A DNA stretch of 32,000 bases from Syntrophales bacterium (GCA_035450185.1 DAOTMG010000005.1:1-32000); one strand, 5' to 3'. Counted from the first letter of the stretch, positions 8,981-18,541 are shown. The notes: generated from the sequence alone by a model not told the origin. A program made the numbers and translations.

Positions 8981-10762
8981 TCACCCCCCCGCATCGATCT
9001 TGGCGGTCTTGATCCTGATGACCTGCCCTGCTTTCAGTTGATCGCTTTTCAACTGGTTCAGCTTACGGATCTCCGACGTCGTCGTGTTGTACCGCGATGC
9101 AAGCGCGTAGAGCGTGTCGCCTTTCTTCACCGTATAGGTGACAACGCCCTGACCGGCCGCAGGGGCCTGCCCCGTCTTCCTGGCCTGCACCTTCTTGGGC
9201 GCCTTCGTTTTCTTCGGCGACGCGGCCAGAGGCACCCGGATGACCTTGCCCGATTTCAGCTTCGCATCGGCACCCAAGCCGTTGTAGGCGAGAATGGTCC
9301 TCGCCGGCACGCCGTACTGCTTCGAGATCGTCTGGGCCGTCTCGCCCGGTCGGACACGGTGCTTGACATATCTTTTCCCCTTCACCCGCTCGTAAAGGGG
9401 CGGCTTGGCCTCCGCGATCTGATTCTCCACCATGGCATACTGTCTGCCGAGTCCGACGGGAATCTTCAGGCTGTACTCCTTGTCGGGGGTCTGCTGGTGG
9501 CGCAGCTCCGGGTTGAGAAGCGTCAGGGTCTCTTTCGGAATGTTGAGGTTCACCGCGACATCCTGAAGGCGCATGCTCTTGCCGGTCTTGACGGTTTCAT
9601 ATTCGATCGGGCAGGCCATGTCCCCCTCGAGGTCCATGCCGTATTTCTTGGGGTTCCTGATGATGTGCAGGGTGGCGAGGAAGCGCGGGACGTACCGTGC
9701 CGTCTCATAGGGAAGCATGTGATAGAGGTCCCAGAACCGGTCGAGATAGTTGATCTGCTGCGTCGAGATAACCTTCAGCACCCTCCCCTCCCCGCAGTTG
9801 TAGGCGGCCAGAACGGTGAGCCAGTCCCCGAAGATGCCGTGGAGATCCTTCATGTAAGCGATGGCCGCCCGGGTGGATTTCTCAACGCTCATCCGCTCAT
9901 CCACCCAGAGGTCACGATTCAGCCCGTACTTGTACCCCGTCGAGGGAATGAACTGCCACAGGCCGAGGGCTCTCGCCCTCGAAAGGGCGTGGACCTGGAA
10001 GCCGCTTTCCACCAGAGGAAGCCAGGCCAGCTCCTGGGGCAACCCCGCGTCCTTGAGATAGCCCTTGACGGTGGGCAGATAAAAGCCGGAGCGCTGGTAA
10101 GACCGGATGAAGAAACTCCTCTCGATCGTCTGAAAGGACCGGATCTCCTTTTCCACGTCCTCATTCATCAGGAGGGGTATTTCGCTGCGCCGGCCGTTCG
10201 TGAGACCGCTCTTGGAGGTGTAGATCTGCACGATGCGCATGGAGATCATCAGGCGGAGGTCATCCTTCTGGCGGGCCAGGGTCGATTCCCCGTTGACATC
10301 CAGAAGAAGCCCGTAAGCCTGGTCGAGGGTTTTGAGCGCCCGCTCGATATCCCCCTTCCGGCGGTACTCCTCCGCCTGCTTGAGAAGGATGAGGGCATCG
10401 TCCGTCTCGTCGTCCGGTTCGTCCGTTGCGACGTCCGCCGAATCGACCTGGTGGTCCCGTCCCGTCTCCGTTCTGACCTGGGAAAGACCGTTTCGATGAT
10501 CCGCCTCGCCAAGCACCTTTTTGATCGCTTCTTCAGGGGGACAGTCTGCTCTGTTCCCGGCCGCCGGTGCCGGGACGCCGCCAGACGTGGAGAGCTGAAC
10601 GGGCTTCTCGGACGAACCCTCTCTCACCAGCCGGCTTTTCTTTTTCGTCTGGACGGTCTTCGAGTCCGGACTCCCGGACGCCGTGACGGGGGGCGTGGTA
10701 TGGGCACAGGAGATCAGGAATAGAAGGAGGATCGGGAAAATCAACCGCTTCGCAAACGACAT
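8981..10762 (-). CDS. mltD: lytic murein transglycosylase lipoprotein with LysM repeats (MltD-like)
   Basis: Lipoprotein signal MSFAKRLIFPILLLFLISC. SLT catalytic region LPLVESGFQVHALSRARALGLWQFIPSTG. C-terminal LysM repeats include HRVRPGETAQTISKQYGV and YTVKKGDTLYALASRYNTT. AAGGAG SD lies upstream of ATG 10762, so the track start at 10831 was rejected. Confidence 0.85.
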   Translation of the reverse strand: MSFAKRLIFPILLLFLISCAHTTPPVTASGSPDSKTVQTKKKSRLVREGSSEKPVQLSTSGGVPAPAAGNRADCPPEEAIKKVLGEADHRNGLSQVRTETGRDHQVDSADVATDEPDDETDDALILLKQAEEYRRKGDIERALKTLDQAYGLLLDVNGESTLARQKDDLRLMISMRIVQIYTSKSGLTNGRRSEIPLLMNEDVEKEIRSFQTIERSFFIRSYQRSGFYLPTVKGYLKDAGLPQELAWLPLVESGFQVHALSRARALGLWQFIPSTGYKYGLNRDLWVDERMSVEKSTRAAIAYMKDLHGIFGDWLTVLAAYNCGEGRVLKVISTQQINYLDRFWDLYHMLPYETARYVPRFLATLHIIRNPKKYGMDLEGDMACPIEYETVKTGKSMRLQDVAVNLNIPKETLTLLNPELRHQQTPDKEYSLKIPVGLGRQYAMVENQIAEAKPPLYERVKGKRYVKHRVRPGETAQTISKQYGVPARTILAYNGLGADAKLKSGKVIRVPLAASPKKTKAPKKVQARKTGQAPAAGQGVVTYTVKKGDTLYALASRYNTTTSEIRKLNQLKSDQLKAGQVIRIKTAKIDAGG

Positions 10763-11000
10763 CAGGGAAAACTCCTTGAGATGAATTCTATGGTTTGCTG
10801 GCGGGACTCGCGCGGATCCCGCAATCCTCATACCGGCGGCAAGGCCGGCCGCGGCCCCAAGCCCTTTCTTTTCTTCTCCGCTTCCGATGTTCTCGGTGCA
10901 TCTACCAGACCTCCGCGCGGAATGTCAAAGATTATTTGCCTTTTACCGGCGGGTCGGCAGCGCAAGACCGCGATTTTATTACCCGGCGCCTATTCTATGC

Positions 11001-11026
11001 AAAAAAAGAGCCTTTCGGGGGCTTCC
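11001..11026 (-). terminator. candidate intrinsic terminator after prfB
   Basis: The minus strand reads GAAGCCCCCGAAAGGCTC followed by T7. The stem is weak (4-5 bp) but the U-tract is good. It lies about 45 nt after the prfB stop. Confidence 0.4.
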
Positions 11027-11067
11027 GGCGGTTAAATGAACCCCGCCAATGAAAAAACAAGAGGATT

Positions 11068-12175
11068 TCAACCCGATGCCGCCGCTTCACTCAAAAGGTA
11101 AGCCTCGATGAAGCCGTCGATATCCCCGTCGAGCACCCGCTGGACGTTTCCGACCTCAAGGTTGGTGCGGTGATCCTTGATCAGTTTGTAGGGGTGGAGC
11201 ACGTAGGATCGGATCTGGCTTCCCCAGGCGATGTCTTTCTTCGACGAGTGCAGCGTATCCATCTTTTCTTCCTGCTCTTTTTTCTTGAGCTCGAAAAGTC
11301 TGGACCGGAGCACCTTCAGGGCCATCGCCTTGTTTTTGTGCTGTGAGCGTTCGTTCTGGCACTGCACGACGAGACCCGTGGGGAGATGGGTGATCCGGAC
11401 GGCCGAATCGGTCTTGTTCACATGCTGTCCCCCCTTGCCGCCAGCCCGGTAGGTGTCGATCTTCAGGTCTTTTTCATCGATATCGACGACGATTTCCTCA
11501 TCGACCTCGGGATAGACGAAAACAGAAGCGAAGGATGTGTGCCGGCGGCTGCCGGCATCGAAGGGAGAAATGCGGACGAGCCGGTGGATGCCCGACTCGG
11601 CCTTGCTGTACCCGAATGCGTATTCCCCCTCGATGTGGAGGGTGACACTCTTCACCCCGGCTTCCTCACCGGACTGGTAATCCAGAATCCGGGTCTTGAA
11701 GCCCTTCTTTTCCGCCCACCGCAGGTACATCCGCAGGAGCATCTCCGCCCAGTCCTGCGCCTCCGTGCCGCCGGCGCCGGCATGGACGGTCATGATGGCG
11801 TTCTTCCCGTCTTCGGCCTGTCCCAGGATGGCCTTGATCTCTTCGTCCCTGACCGCCTCCAGCAGCCTGTCGCCGTCGTCGTCCATCTCCGCCAGGGCCT
11901 TTTCATCGTCCTCCTCCCGGGCGATCTCGAAAAGCTCCTCGAGGTCCCGCGCGTCTCCTTCGAGTCCGGCAAACCGTGCGAGGGTGGCCTCCAGCCGGTT
12001 CTTTTCCTTCAAGAGTTCTCTGGCCTTTTCAGGCTGATCCCAGAGATCCTGCCTCGCGGTGACCTTTTCCAGTTCCCCCAGCCTCTTCCGCCGGTTTTCT
12101 ATTTCAAAGATAGCCTCGAAGGGTTTCCAGTTTTTTTCGGATCTCTTTGATTTTGCCCGGTAGATCTTCAAACAT
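11068..12175 (-). CDS. prfB: peptide chain release factor 2, requires programmed +1 frameshift
   Basis: SPF and GGQ motifs (RISPFDAG, GKGGQHVNKT). The true start is ATG 12175..12173, giving MFEDLPGKIKEIRKKLETLRGYL followed by an in-frame TGA at 12106..12104. The remaining 11068..12105 is in the +1 frame (EIENRRKRLGELE...). The first 22 codons of the ORF-track product (TTG 12171, MKIYRAKSKRSEKNWKPFEAIF) are out-of-frame artefact. Confidence 0.95.
12104..12121 (-). other. RF2 autoregulatory +1 frameshift site CTT CGA GGC TAT CTT TGA
   Basis: Slippery CTT-TGA with an upstream SD-like GAGG (12117..12114). This has the same architecture as the E. coli prfB site CTT AGG GGG TAT CTT TGA. Confidence 0.85.
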
Positions 12176-13543
12176 TTATGCGCTCCTCCCTCTTTTCATA
12201 ATGCCTATCATAACGAAAAAAGCCATGCAGAGATAGACAAAAAGATCCCCGAATCGGGAATAAAAGGTTCGAACATCCATGACACCAAAGACGCCATCCA
12301 GGGTCGTCGTTTCAAAAAGGCCGGTCTGAGAGAGGATCTCTCCCGTCGGCGCGATGAAGGCACTGATCCCGGTATTGGCCGCCCGGATCACGAAGAGCCG
12401 GTTCTCCACCGCCCGGAACGTGGTGATCGCCAGATGCTGGTATGGGGCTGATGACGTCCCGAACCAGGCATCATTCGTCAGGTTGACCAGCAGAGAGGCA
12501 CCCTTCTGCCGGTAGGTCCGGCTGATCTCCGGGAAAATCGCCTCGTAGCATATCAGAATCCCGGCCCTGGCACCGTCCAGGGCAAGGGGCTCGAGGTTCT
12601 CACCGGGCAGAAAGTCCCCGATACCGACGGCCAGTTTCTCGATAAAGGGGAAAAAGGGCCTCAGGGGCACGTATTCGCCGTAGGGGACCAGGTGGACCTT
12701 GTCATACCTGCCGAGCACCTCCCCCCCCGGCGACAGGAGATAGGCGCTGTTCTGATAGTGCAACCGTCCGTCGACCTGCCGGTGGCTGGGGCTCCCGAAG
12801 ATGAGAAAAGCCTGCGTGCTTTCGGCCACGGAAAGGACTTCCCTCTGTTTGTCATCGGTCTGCTGGAAGAAGAAAGGCGTGGCCGTCTCCGGCCAGACGA
12901 TCAGGTAAGGACTTCTCGCGGCGGCTTTCCCGGAATACTCCACATATCTGCGAATCGTTTCCTCCTGGAAACGGGGATCCCACTTGACGCTCTGATCGAT
13001 GTTTCCCTGCACGATCGAGGCGGCTTTCGCCGGGGTGTTCTTCACTTGGGCGTCCGTGTCGGCGAGGCGGTACACCCCGTAACCGTAGACGGCCGAAACA
13101 AGGAGGCCGCCGAGAGCGAGCTCCGCGATGGTGAAAAACCGGCTTTCTCTTCTCGTGACCAGGTCGTAGAGCACGGCGTTCACGAAGACGATGAGGAAGG
13201 AGATCCCGTAGGTGCCGGTGAGGTCGGCGATCTGGATCATGGGAAGGTTCAGATACTGGCTCTGGGCGAGGGCTCCCCAGGGAAAGCCCGTCAGGAGGTT
13301 CGCCTTCCCGTACTCCAGAAGGACCCAGAGGACGGGCGCCGCGACGGCGAGGGGGACCTGCTTTCTCCCGAAATAGGTGACACCGGCGGCAAAGAGAGAG
13401 ACGTAGAGGCTCATGTAAAGAGCCAGGAGAAGCATGACGACCACACCGAGAAGAAAAGGGAGATGGCCGTACCGGACGACAACACCGGAGACCCAGTAAA
13501 GGAGCCCGACATGGAAGACAAGGCCGCCGGCAAGACCCAGCAT
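12176..13543 (-). CDS. lnt: apolipoprotein N-acyltransferase (coordinates from the first ATG; true N-terminus probably extends to about 13684, see findings)
   Basis: Multi-TM N-terminal half plus a CN-hydrolase domain (IVWPETA, YDKVHLVPYGEYVP, ILICYEAIFPE). The TAA stop at 12178..12176 directly abuts the prfB ATG. Confidence 0.9.
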   Translation of the reverse strand: MLGLAGGLVFHVGLLYWVSGVVVRYGHLPFLLGVVVMLLLALYMSLYVSLFAAGVTYFGRKQVPLAVAAPVLWVLLEYGKANLLTGFPWGALAQSQYLNLPMIQIADLTGTYGISFLIVFVNAVLYDLVTRRESRFFTIAELALGGLLVSAVYGYGVYRLADTDAQVKNTPAKAASIVQGNIDQSVKWDPRFQEETIRRYVEYSGKAAARSPYLIVWPETATPFFFQQTDDKQREVLSVAESTQAFLIFGSPSHRQVDGRLHYQNSAYLLSPGGEVLGRYDKVHLVPYGEYVPLRPFFPFIEKLAVGIGDFLPGENLEPLALDGARAGILICYEAIFPEISRTYRQKGASLLVNLTNDAWFGTSSAPYQHLAITTFRAVENRLFVIRAANTGISAFIAPTGEILSQTGLFETTTLDGVFGVMDVRTFYSRFGDLFVYLCMAFFVMIGIMKRGRSA

Positions 13544-13743
13544 CAGGGCGCCGGCGATATCCCGCCCCCGCAGGGAAGCGAAGAGGGGGACCAGGCAGAC
13601 CCACGCCAGGGCCCCCTGCCCGAATTTCGGGAAGGAGAGGAAAAGGAGAAGCCCGGATACTGCGGCAAGGAGCAGCGCCTTCAGCGGACGGCCCCTTTCT
13701 CCGGCCGATGCGCGGCGGGATTCCCGGGTCTTCGATGCCCTTT

Positions 13744-14583
<840 letters not shown>

Positions 14584-14589
14584 CGACTC

Positions 14590-15465
14590 TCACAATCCCC
14601 GCATGAATTCCGGTCTCAAATAGTCCGGGCGCCGTTTCGCGATCACGGCATCGAGAACCTGAAGGAGGCTCTCCCGGTCGGCCGGCAGCCTCGCCCGGAC
14701 GGGCAGGTAGTTCGAGGCGTGATTGGAGGTGAAGAAGCAGTCCGTGAAGTTCGAGGCCTCGACGATGGTGCGGAGTTCCCCCAGAAGGGCAAACACATCC
14801 GGCAGGACGAAGGTCCCGCTGCGCCAGGCCTCGTAAAGAGGTGTGCCGGCAATGAGCATGACCGTGAGGATGCCGGCGTATTCCGGGTCGATGTCCGTCA
14901 GGATCCGGGCGGTCTCCCTTGCGTGCTTCGCGCTCAGCTCGACTCCCCCGATGCCCAGGAGGGCCGTGACCGAAAGCGTGATGCCGGCCTCCTTCACCCG
15001 CCGGCCGGCCTCGACCATCTGATCATAGGTGACCCCCTTCCGAACCCTCCGGAGAACCTCCTCGCTCCCGGTCTCCACGCCCAGGTAAACGATCTTGAGC
15101 CCTTCCTCCCTCAGGGCGGCAAGTTCTTCCCTGTTTTTTCGGAGGATGCTCTTCGCATTGGCGTACGTTCCGACTCGTTCCACCCCGCCGATGTTCTCAC
15201 CGATGGACTTCAGGATCCCCAGAAGCCTCTTCTGGGGGATGATGAGGGCATCCCCGTCGCAGAGGAAGACCCGCTTCGCCGATCGCAGCCTCGTTCCGGC
15301 TTCCCGAAGATCCTCCTCGATCTCACCCTGCGAGCGGATCCTGAATCTCTTCTGCTTGTAGGCGGAGCAGAAGGTGCACCGGTTGTGGGAACAACCGACG
15401 GTCGCCTGCAGGAGCAGGCTCCGTGCCTCGCTGGGAGGACGGATGATCGTGCCTTCGTACCTCAT
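14590..15465 (-). CDS. compact radical SAM enzyme, unknown function
   Basis: CSHNRCTFCSAY (CxxxCxxC) at residues 25-32. SAM-binding-like FLCDGDAL. TIM-barrel-like YLGVETGSEEVLRRVRKG. No second Cys cluster, so no SPASM/twitch domain. 6-nt gaps to both neighbours. Confidence 0.8.
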   Translation of the reverse strand: MRYEGTIIRPPSEARSLLLQATVGCSHNRCTFCSAYKQKRFRIRSQGEIEEDLREAGTRLRSAKRVFLCDGDALIIPQKRLLGILKSIGENIGGVERVGTYANAKSILRKNREELAALREEGLKIVYLGVETGSEEVLRRVRKGVTYDQMVEAGRRVKEAGITLSVTALLGIGGVELSAKHARETARILTDIDPEYAGILTVMLIAGTPLYEAWRSGTFVLPDVFALLGELRTIVEASNFTDCFFTSNHASNYLPVRARLPADRESLLQVLDAVIAKRRPDYLRPEFMRGL

Positions 15466-15471
15466 GCCGTC

Positions 15472-15681
15472 CTAATCCAGGTTGCCGCTGTACGGGTTGA
15501 TCCTGCCATCGTGAAAACACTTGCGGCAGAAGGCTTTCGGGTCCACGTGCCCGCAGCCGTAACCCCAGAGATCGATGGTCCGGCATCCCGAGCACAGCGG
15601 GATGGCGCATCCATCACAGAGAACAACCGAGTTTTTTGTCTTGCAGACTCCGCAGAGCTCCGTTCCGTCTGTCACGATCAT
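15472..15681 (-). CDS. 69-aa Cys-rich zinc-finger-like protein (B-box-like spacing)
   Basis: Nine Cys and two His. The spacing is C10-x2-C13-x8-C22-x2-C25-x4-C30-x2-C33, then C43-x-H45 and C52-x2-C55-x-H57. GGAG SD lies 8 nt upstream of ATG 15681. Confidence 0.6.
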   Translation of the reverse strand: MIVTDGTELCGVCKTKNSVVLCDGCAIPLCSGCRTIDLWGYGCGHVDPKAFCRKCFHDGRINPYSGNLD

Positions 15682-15714
15682 CGTCGCATCTCCTTTCCCG
15701 ACCGTCGCGGGTAA

Positions 15715-15741
15715 TTTATATCATGCTCCGGTAAAACGCAA
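15715..15741 (-). promoter_or_regulatory. candidate promoter of the Cys-rich/rSAM/corC/lnt/prfB operon (extended -10 TGaTATAAA)
   Basis: The minus strand reads TTGCGT (15741..15736), a 15-nt spacer, then TGaTATAAA (-10 at 15720..15715). It lies about 34 nt upstream of ATG 15681. The short spacer lowers confidence. Confidence 0.4.
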
Positions 15742-15831
15742 GCTGCCCGCGTGGAGTTTTAAAAAGGTTTTTCAAGCGTAAAAAACGAGAATGGCAGACA
15801 TCTTGCAAAAAAATTTCTCGCTTCGATGTGC

Positions 15832-15858
15832 TCGAAAAAAATTTTTTCTCTTTTTCGA
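15832..15858. promoter_or_regulatory. A/T-tract inverted repeat TCGAAAAA-N11-TTTTTCGA upstream of the kamA -35 (UP-element-like or activator site)
   Basis: Read directly. It sits in an A/T-tract region running roughly 15760-15930, within otherwise GC-rich DNA. Confidence 0.3.
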
Positions 15859-15877
15859 CGTTTTTTACAAATATCAC

Positions 15878-15905
15878 TTGACATTATGCAAACATTCTTT
15901 ATAAC
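15878..15905 (+). promoter_or_regulatory. sigma70-type promoter of the kamA/ATP-grasp operon (TTGACA-16 nt-TATAAC)
   Basis: Consensus -35 TTGACA at 15878-15883 and TATAAC at 15900-15905. This leaves a leader of about 100 nt containing a 6-bp hairpin, TCGATC-acg-GATCGA (15934-15948). Confidence 0.55.
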
Positions 15906-16011
15906 GGTTCTCAACTCGAAGGAATTTTTTTCATCGATCACGGATCGAAAGAGATCGTCGTCGCAAAGATGGACACAGGGCGACCGATAAAGCAGAAAAG
16001 GAGAGCGTTGA

Positions 16012-17352
16012 ATGGAAGACAATGTCTGTCTAACCCAGGAGGCGGAGCCTCCCGGTAGACACGCCGGCCCCGCCGGTTCGGCTCTGGATGAGCTGAAGGA
16101 ACAACACACCTCCCCTTCCGTGGCAATCACCACGACCAGGAAGAACAGATCCCTGTTTCTCTTTCCCACCCGCGGCATCAGCACCTGCAAACCCAGCGCA
16201 CGGTCCAAGGCTTTTCAGAAACGCTTTTACCCCGGCATCTCGTCCGTCGAATGGAATGACTGGCAATGGCAGCTGAAGAACCGCATCACAGGCCTGGAAA
16301 CGCTCTCGCGGATGATCTGGCTCTCCGATGACGAGACCAGCACCATCATCCGACGGGGAGGCAGCATCCCCCTGAGCATCACTCCCTATTACGCCAGTCT
16401 CCTGGACGCGATGGATCCCGAACAACCCGTCCGCAGGACCGTGATCCCCCGGAGCCTCGAATTCCATCACTCCTGGGAGGAATCCGACGACCCTCTCGGC
16501 GAAGAAAGCGACAGCCCCGTTCCGGGCCTGGTCCACCGATACCCGGACCGTGTCCTCTTCCTCGTGACGAATTTCTGCTCGACCTACTGCCGGTACTGCA
16601 CCCGCTCCCGCATCCTCGACCACGGCAACGGAATCCCGCCCGGCAAGGAGAGATGGGAGCAGGCCATCGATTACATCGCATCGACGCCCCAGGTCCGCGA
16701 CGTCCTCCTGTCCGGCGGTGACCCCCTGACCATGAGCGACGAGAGCATCGACTGGCTCCTCCAGAAACTGCGGGCCATCCCCCATGTGGAGCTTTTGCGG
16801 ATCGGGACCAAGGCGCCCGTCGTGCTCCCCCAGCGCATCACGGCGAAGCTGACTTCCGTTCTGAAGCGTTACCATCCTCTGTGGATGAGCATCCACTTTA
16901 CCCACCCCGAAGAGCTCACCCCCGAGGTGGGGCAGGCCTGTGCCCGGCTCGCCGACGCCGGCATCCCCCTGGGCAGCCAGACGGTTCTCCTCGCGGGCAT
17001 CAACGACGACGTGGAGGTGATGACCCGGCTGGTCCACGGCTTGATCAAGATCCGGGTGAAGCCCTATTACCTTTACCAGTGCGATCCCATCTCGGGATCC
17101 TCGCACTTCCGGACATCGATCGAAAAAGGACTCGAGATCATCCGCGGCCTCCGCGGGCACACGACGGGTTACGCCGTCCCGACCTACGTGATCGACGCGC
17201 CGGGCGGGGGCGGGAAGATTCCCCTGCTGCCGGAGTACGTTGTCGGTCGGGACGATCATCACCTGCTCCTCCGGAACTACCAGGGGCAGCTATACCGCTA
17301 CCCGGACGTGCGACAGTCGAACGATCCCGGACCGTTCTCCCCGTGTATCTGA
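16012..17352 (+). CDS. kamA: lysine 2,3-aminomutase (KamA family radical SAM/PLP enzyme)
   Basis: WNDWQWQLKNRI, SPVPGLVHRYPDRVLFLVTNFCSTYCRYCTRS (CxxxCxxC), LLSGGDPL, GINDD, YYLYQCD, HFRTSIEKGLEII (PLP lysine) and VIDAPGGGGKIPL. It aligns colinearly with B. subtilis and C. subterminale KamA as I recall them. AGGAG SD lies 8 nt upstream of ATG 16012. Confidence 0.9.
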   Translation: MEDNVCLTQEAEPPGRHAGPAGSALDELKEQHTSPSVAITTTRKNRSLFLFPTRGISTCKPSARSKAFQKRFYPGISSVEWNDWQWQLKNRITGLETLSRMIWLSDDETSTIIRRGGSIPLSITPYYASLLDAMDPEQPVRRTVIPRSLEFHHSWEESDDPLGEESDSPVPGLVHRYPDRVLFLVTNFCSTYCRYCTRSRILDHGNGIPPGKERWEQAIDYIASTPQVRDVLLSGGDPLTMSDESIDWLLQKLRAIPHVELLRIGTKAPVVLPQRITAKLTSVLKRYHPLWMSIHFTHPEELTPEVGQACARLADAGIPLGSQTVLLAGINDDVEVMTRLVHGLIKIRVKPYYLYQCDPISGSSHFRTSIEKGLEIIRGLRGHTTGYAVPTYVIDAPGGGGKIPLLPEYVVGRDDHHLLLRNYQGQLYRYPDVRQSNDPGPFSPCI

Positions 17353-17379
17353 GGATTCAGGACGCCGGGGTGCCGAGCA

Positions 17380-18495
17380 GTGCCGGAATCGACGTGCGTG
17401 AACCCTTATCCATCAGAGAGCGTCTCTTTGCACAACCCGGCCCCCCCCGCCCGAAGACCTCGTCGTGACTCGAGGAACAGGGGCAAGACGATTGTCGGTA
17501 TCACCTACGATCTCCGGGAGGACTACCTCCGGGAGGGTTACAGTGAAGAGGAAACGGCGGAGTTCGATCAACCTTCCACGATCGACGCCATTGATCAGAC
17601 CCTGCGGTCTCTCGGATTCCGGACGGACCGCATCGGCCATGTCCGGAACCTGACGCGGCGCCTCGCGCGTGGAGAGCGCTGGGACATCGTCTTCAACATC
17701 GCCGAAGGCATGTACGGTCTCGGGAGAGAGGCGCAGGTCCCGGCCCTGCTGGACGCCTACGGCATCCCCTACACCTTCTCGGACGCGCTCGTCCTTGCCC
17801 TGACCCTCCACAAAGGGCTGACCAAGCACGTGCTGCGGGATCTCGGCATCCCGACGGCGGACTTCGCCGTCGTCACCCGTGACGCCGACGTCGAGCGTGT
17901 CCGCCTCCCCTTGCCGCTCTTCGTCAAGCCTGTCGCCGAAGGGACGGGGAAGGGCGTCACCGTGGCATCGAAGGTCCGCCACCGGCGCGAGCTGCGACGG
18001 CTGTGCCGGGAGCTGATAAAGCGTTACAGCCAACCCGTCATCGTGGAGACCTTCCTCCCCGGCCGCGAGTTTACCGTGGGGATCATCGGAACGGGAAAGG
18101 ATGCCAGGGCCGTCGCAGTGCTCGAAATCGCTCTCCGGGCCGAGGCGGAACGGGGGGTCTATTCGTACCTCAACAAGGAACACTGCGAAACCCTCGTGGA
18201 TTACTTCCTGGCCCATGATGCCGAGGCCCGGCGGGCCGCGGACGTGGCCCTCGCCGCATGGCGTGCGCTGGGTTGCCGGGATGCCGGCCGGGTGGATCTG
18301 CGATCGGACGGCAGGGGTGAACCGAACTTCATCGAGGTCAATCCCCTGGCGGGGCTCCATCCCACACACTCGGACCTGCCCATTCTGTGCAACCTGGCCG
18401 GTCTGAGCTATCGGAAGCTCATCCGCGCGATCATGGACTCGGCACTGAAGAGGATTCCCCGGACGCCGACGGGCGGTGCCGCCGGGAACATATGA
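17380..18495 (+). CDS. ATP-grasp ligase, D-Ala-D-Ala-ligase-like family (paralog 1)
   Basis: Ddl-like architecture: NIAEGMYGLGREAQVPALLDAYGIPYTFSD, LFVKPVAEGTGKGV, IVETFLPGREFTVGIIG and AGRVDLRSDGRGEPNFIEVNPLAGL (Mg/ATP site). It lacks the canonical Ddl N-terminal GGxSxE. The start is uncertain: GTG 17380, GTG 17398 or TTG 17428. Confidence 0.8.
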   Translation: MPESTCVNPYPSESVSLHNPAPPARRPRRDSRNRGKTIVGITYDLREDYLREGYSEEETAEFDQPSTIDAIDQTLRSLGFRTDRIGHVRNLTRRLARGERWDIVFNIAEGMYGLGREAQVPALLDAYGIPYTFSDALVLALTLHKGLTKHVLRDLGIPTADFAVVTRDADVERVRLPLPLFVKPVAEGTGKGVTVASKVRHRRELRRLCRELIKRYSQPVIVETFLPGREFTVGIIGTGKDARAVAVLEIALRAEAERGVYSYLNKEHCETLVDYFLAHDAEARRAADVALAAWRALGCRDAGRVDLRSDGRGEPNFIEVNPLAGLHPTHSDLPILCNLAGLSYRKLIRAIMDSALKRIPRTPTGGAAGNI

Positions 18496-18541
18496 CTTTC
18501 CGGTCCTTTCTCCGGATGGACCGGCCGATGATCACCGGATT

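Noticed and set aside
10832-11067. Plus-strand ORFs of 84-85 aa (10781-11035, 10795-11052) in the mltD-prfB intergenic region.
   Set aside because: They are overlapping alternative frames with Arg/Ser/Pro-rich composition and no SD. The region is better explained as the prfB terminator plus the mltD promoter and leader.
15472-15681. The Cys-rich 69-aa ORF as a sactipeptide/ranthipeptide-type RiPP precursor for the adjacent radical SAM enzyme.
   Set aside because: The neighbouring radical SAM protein has no SPASM/twitch auxiliary Cys cluster. No leader/core organisation, peptidase or exporter is adjacent. The paired CxxC spacing fits a structural zinc finger better. This is kept only as a minor alternative in the finding.
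15934-15956. Three GATC sites within 21 nt in the kamA leader; also considered a lysine (L-box) riboswitch upstream of kamA.
   Set aside because: Two of the GATC sites are just the arms of a 6-bp hairpin (TCGATC/GATCGA), and GATC is common throughout this window. The roughly 100-nt leader is too short for an L-box, and I could not recognise its conserved elements.
15759-16208. 149-aa minus-strand ORF spanning the divergent promoter region and the kamA 5' end.
   Set aside because: It runs through the A/T-tract intergenic region and both promoters. It has no SD, has odd composition, and overlaps the well-supported kamA start.
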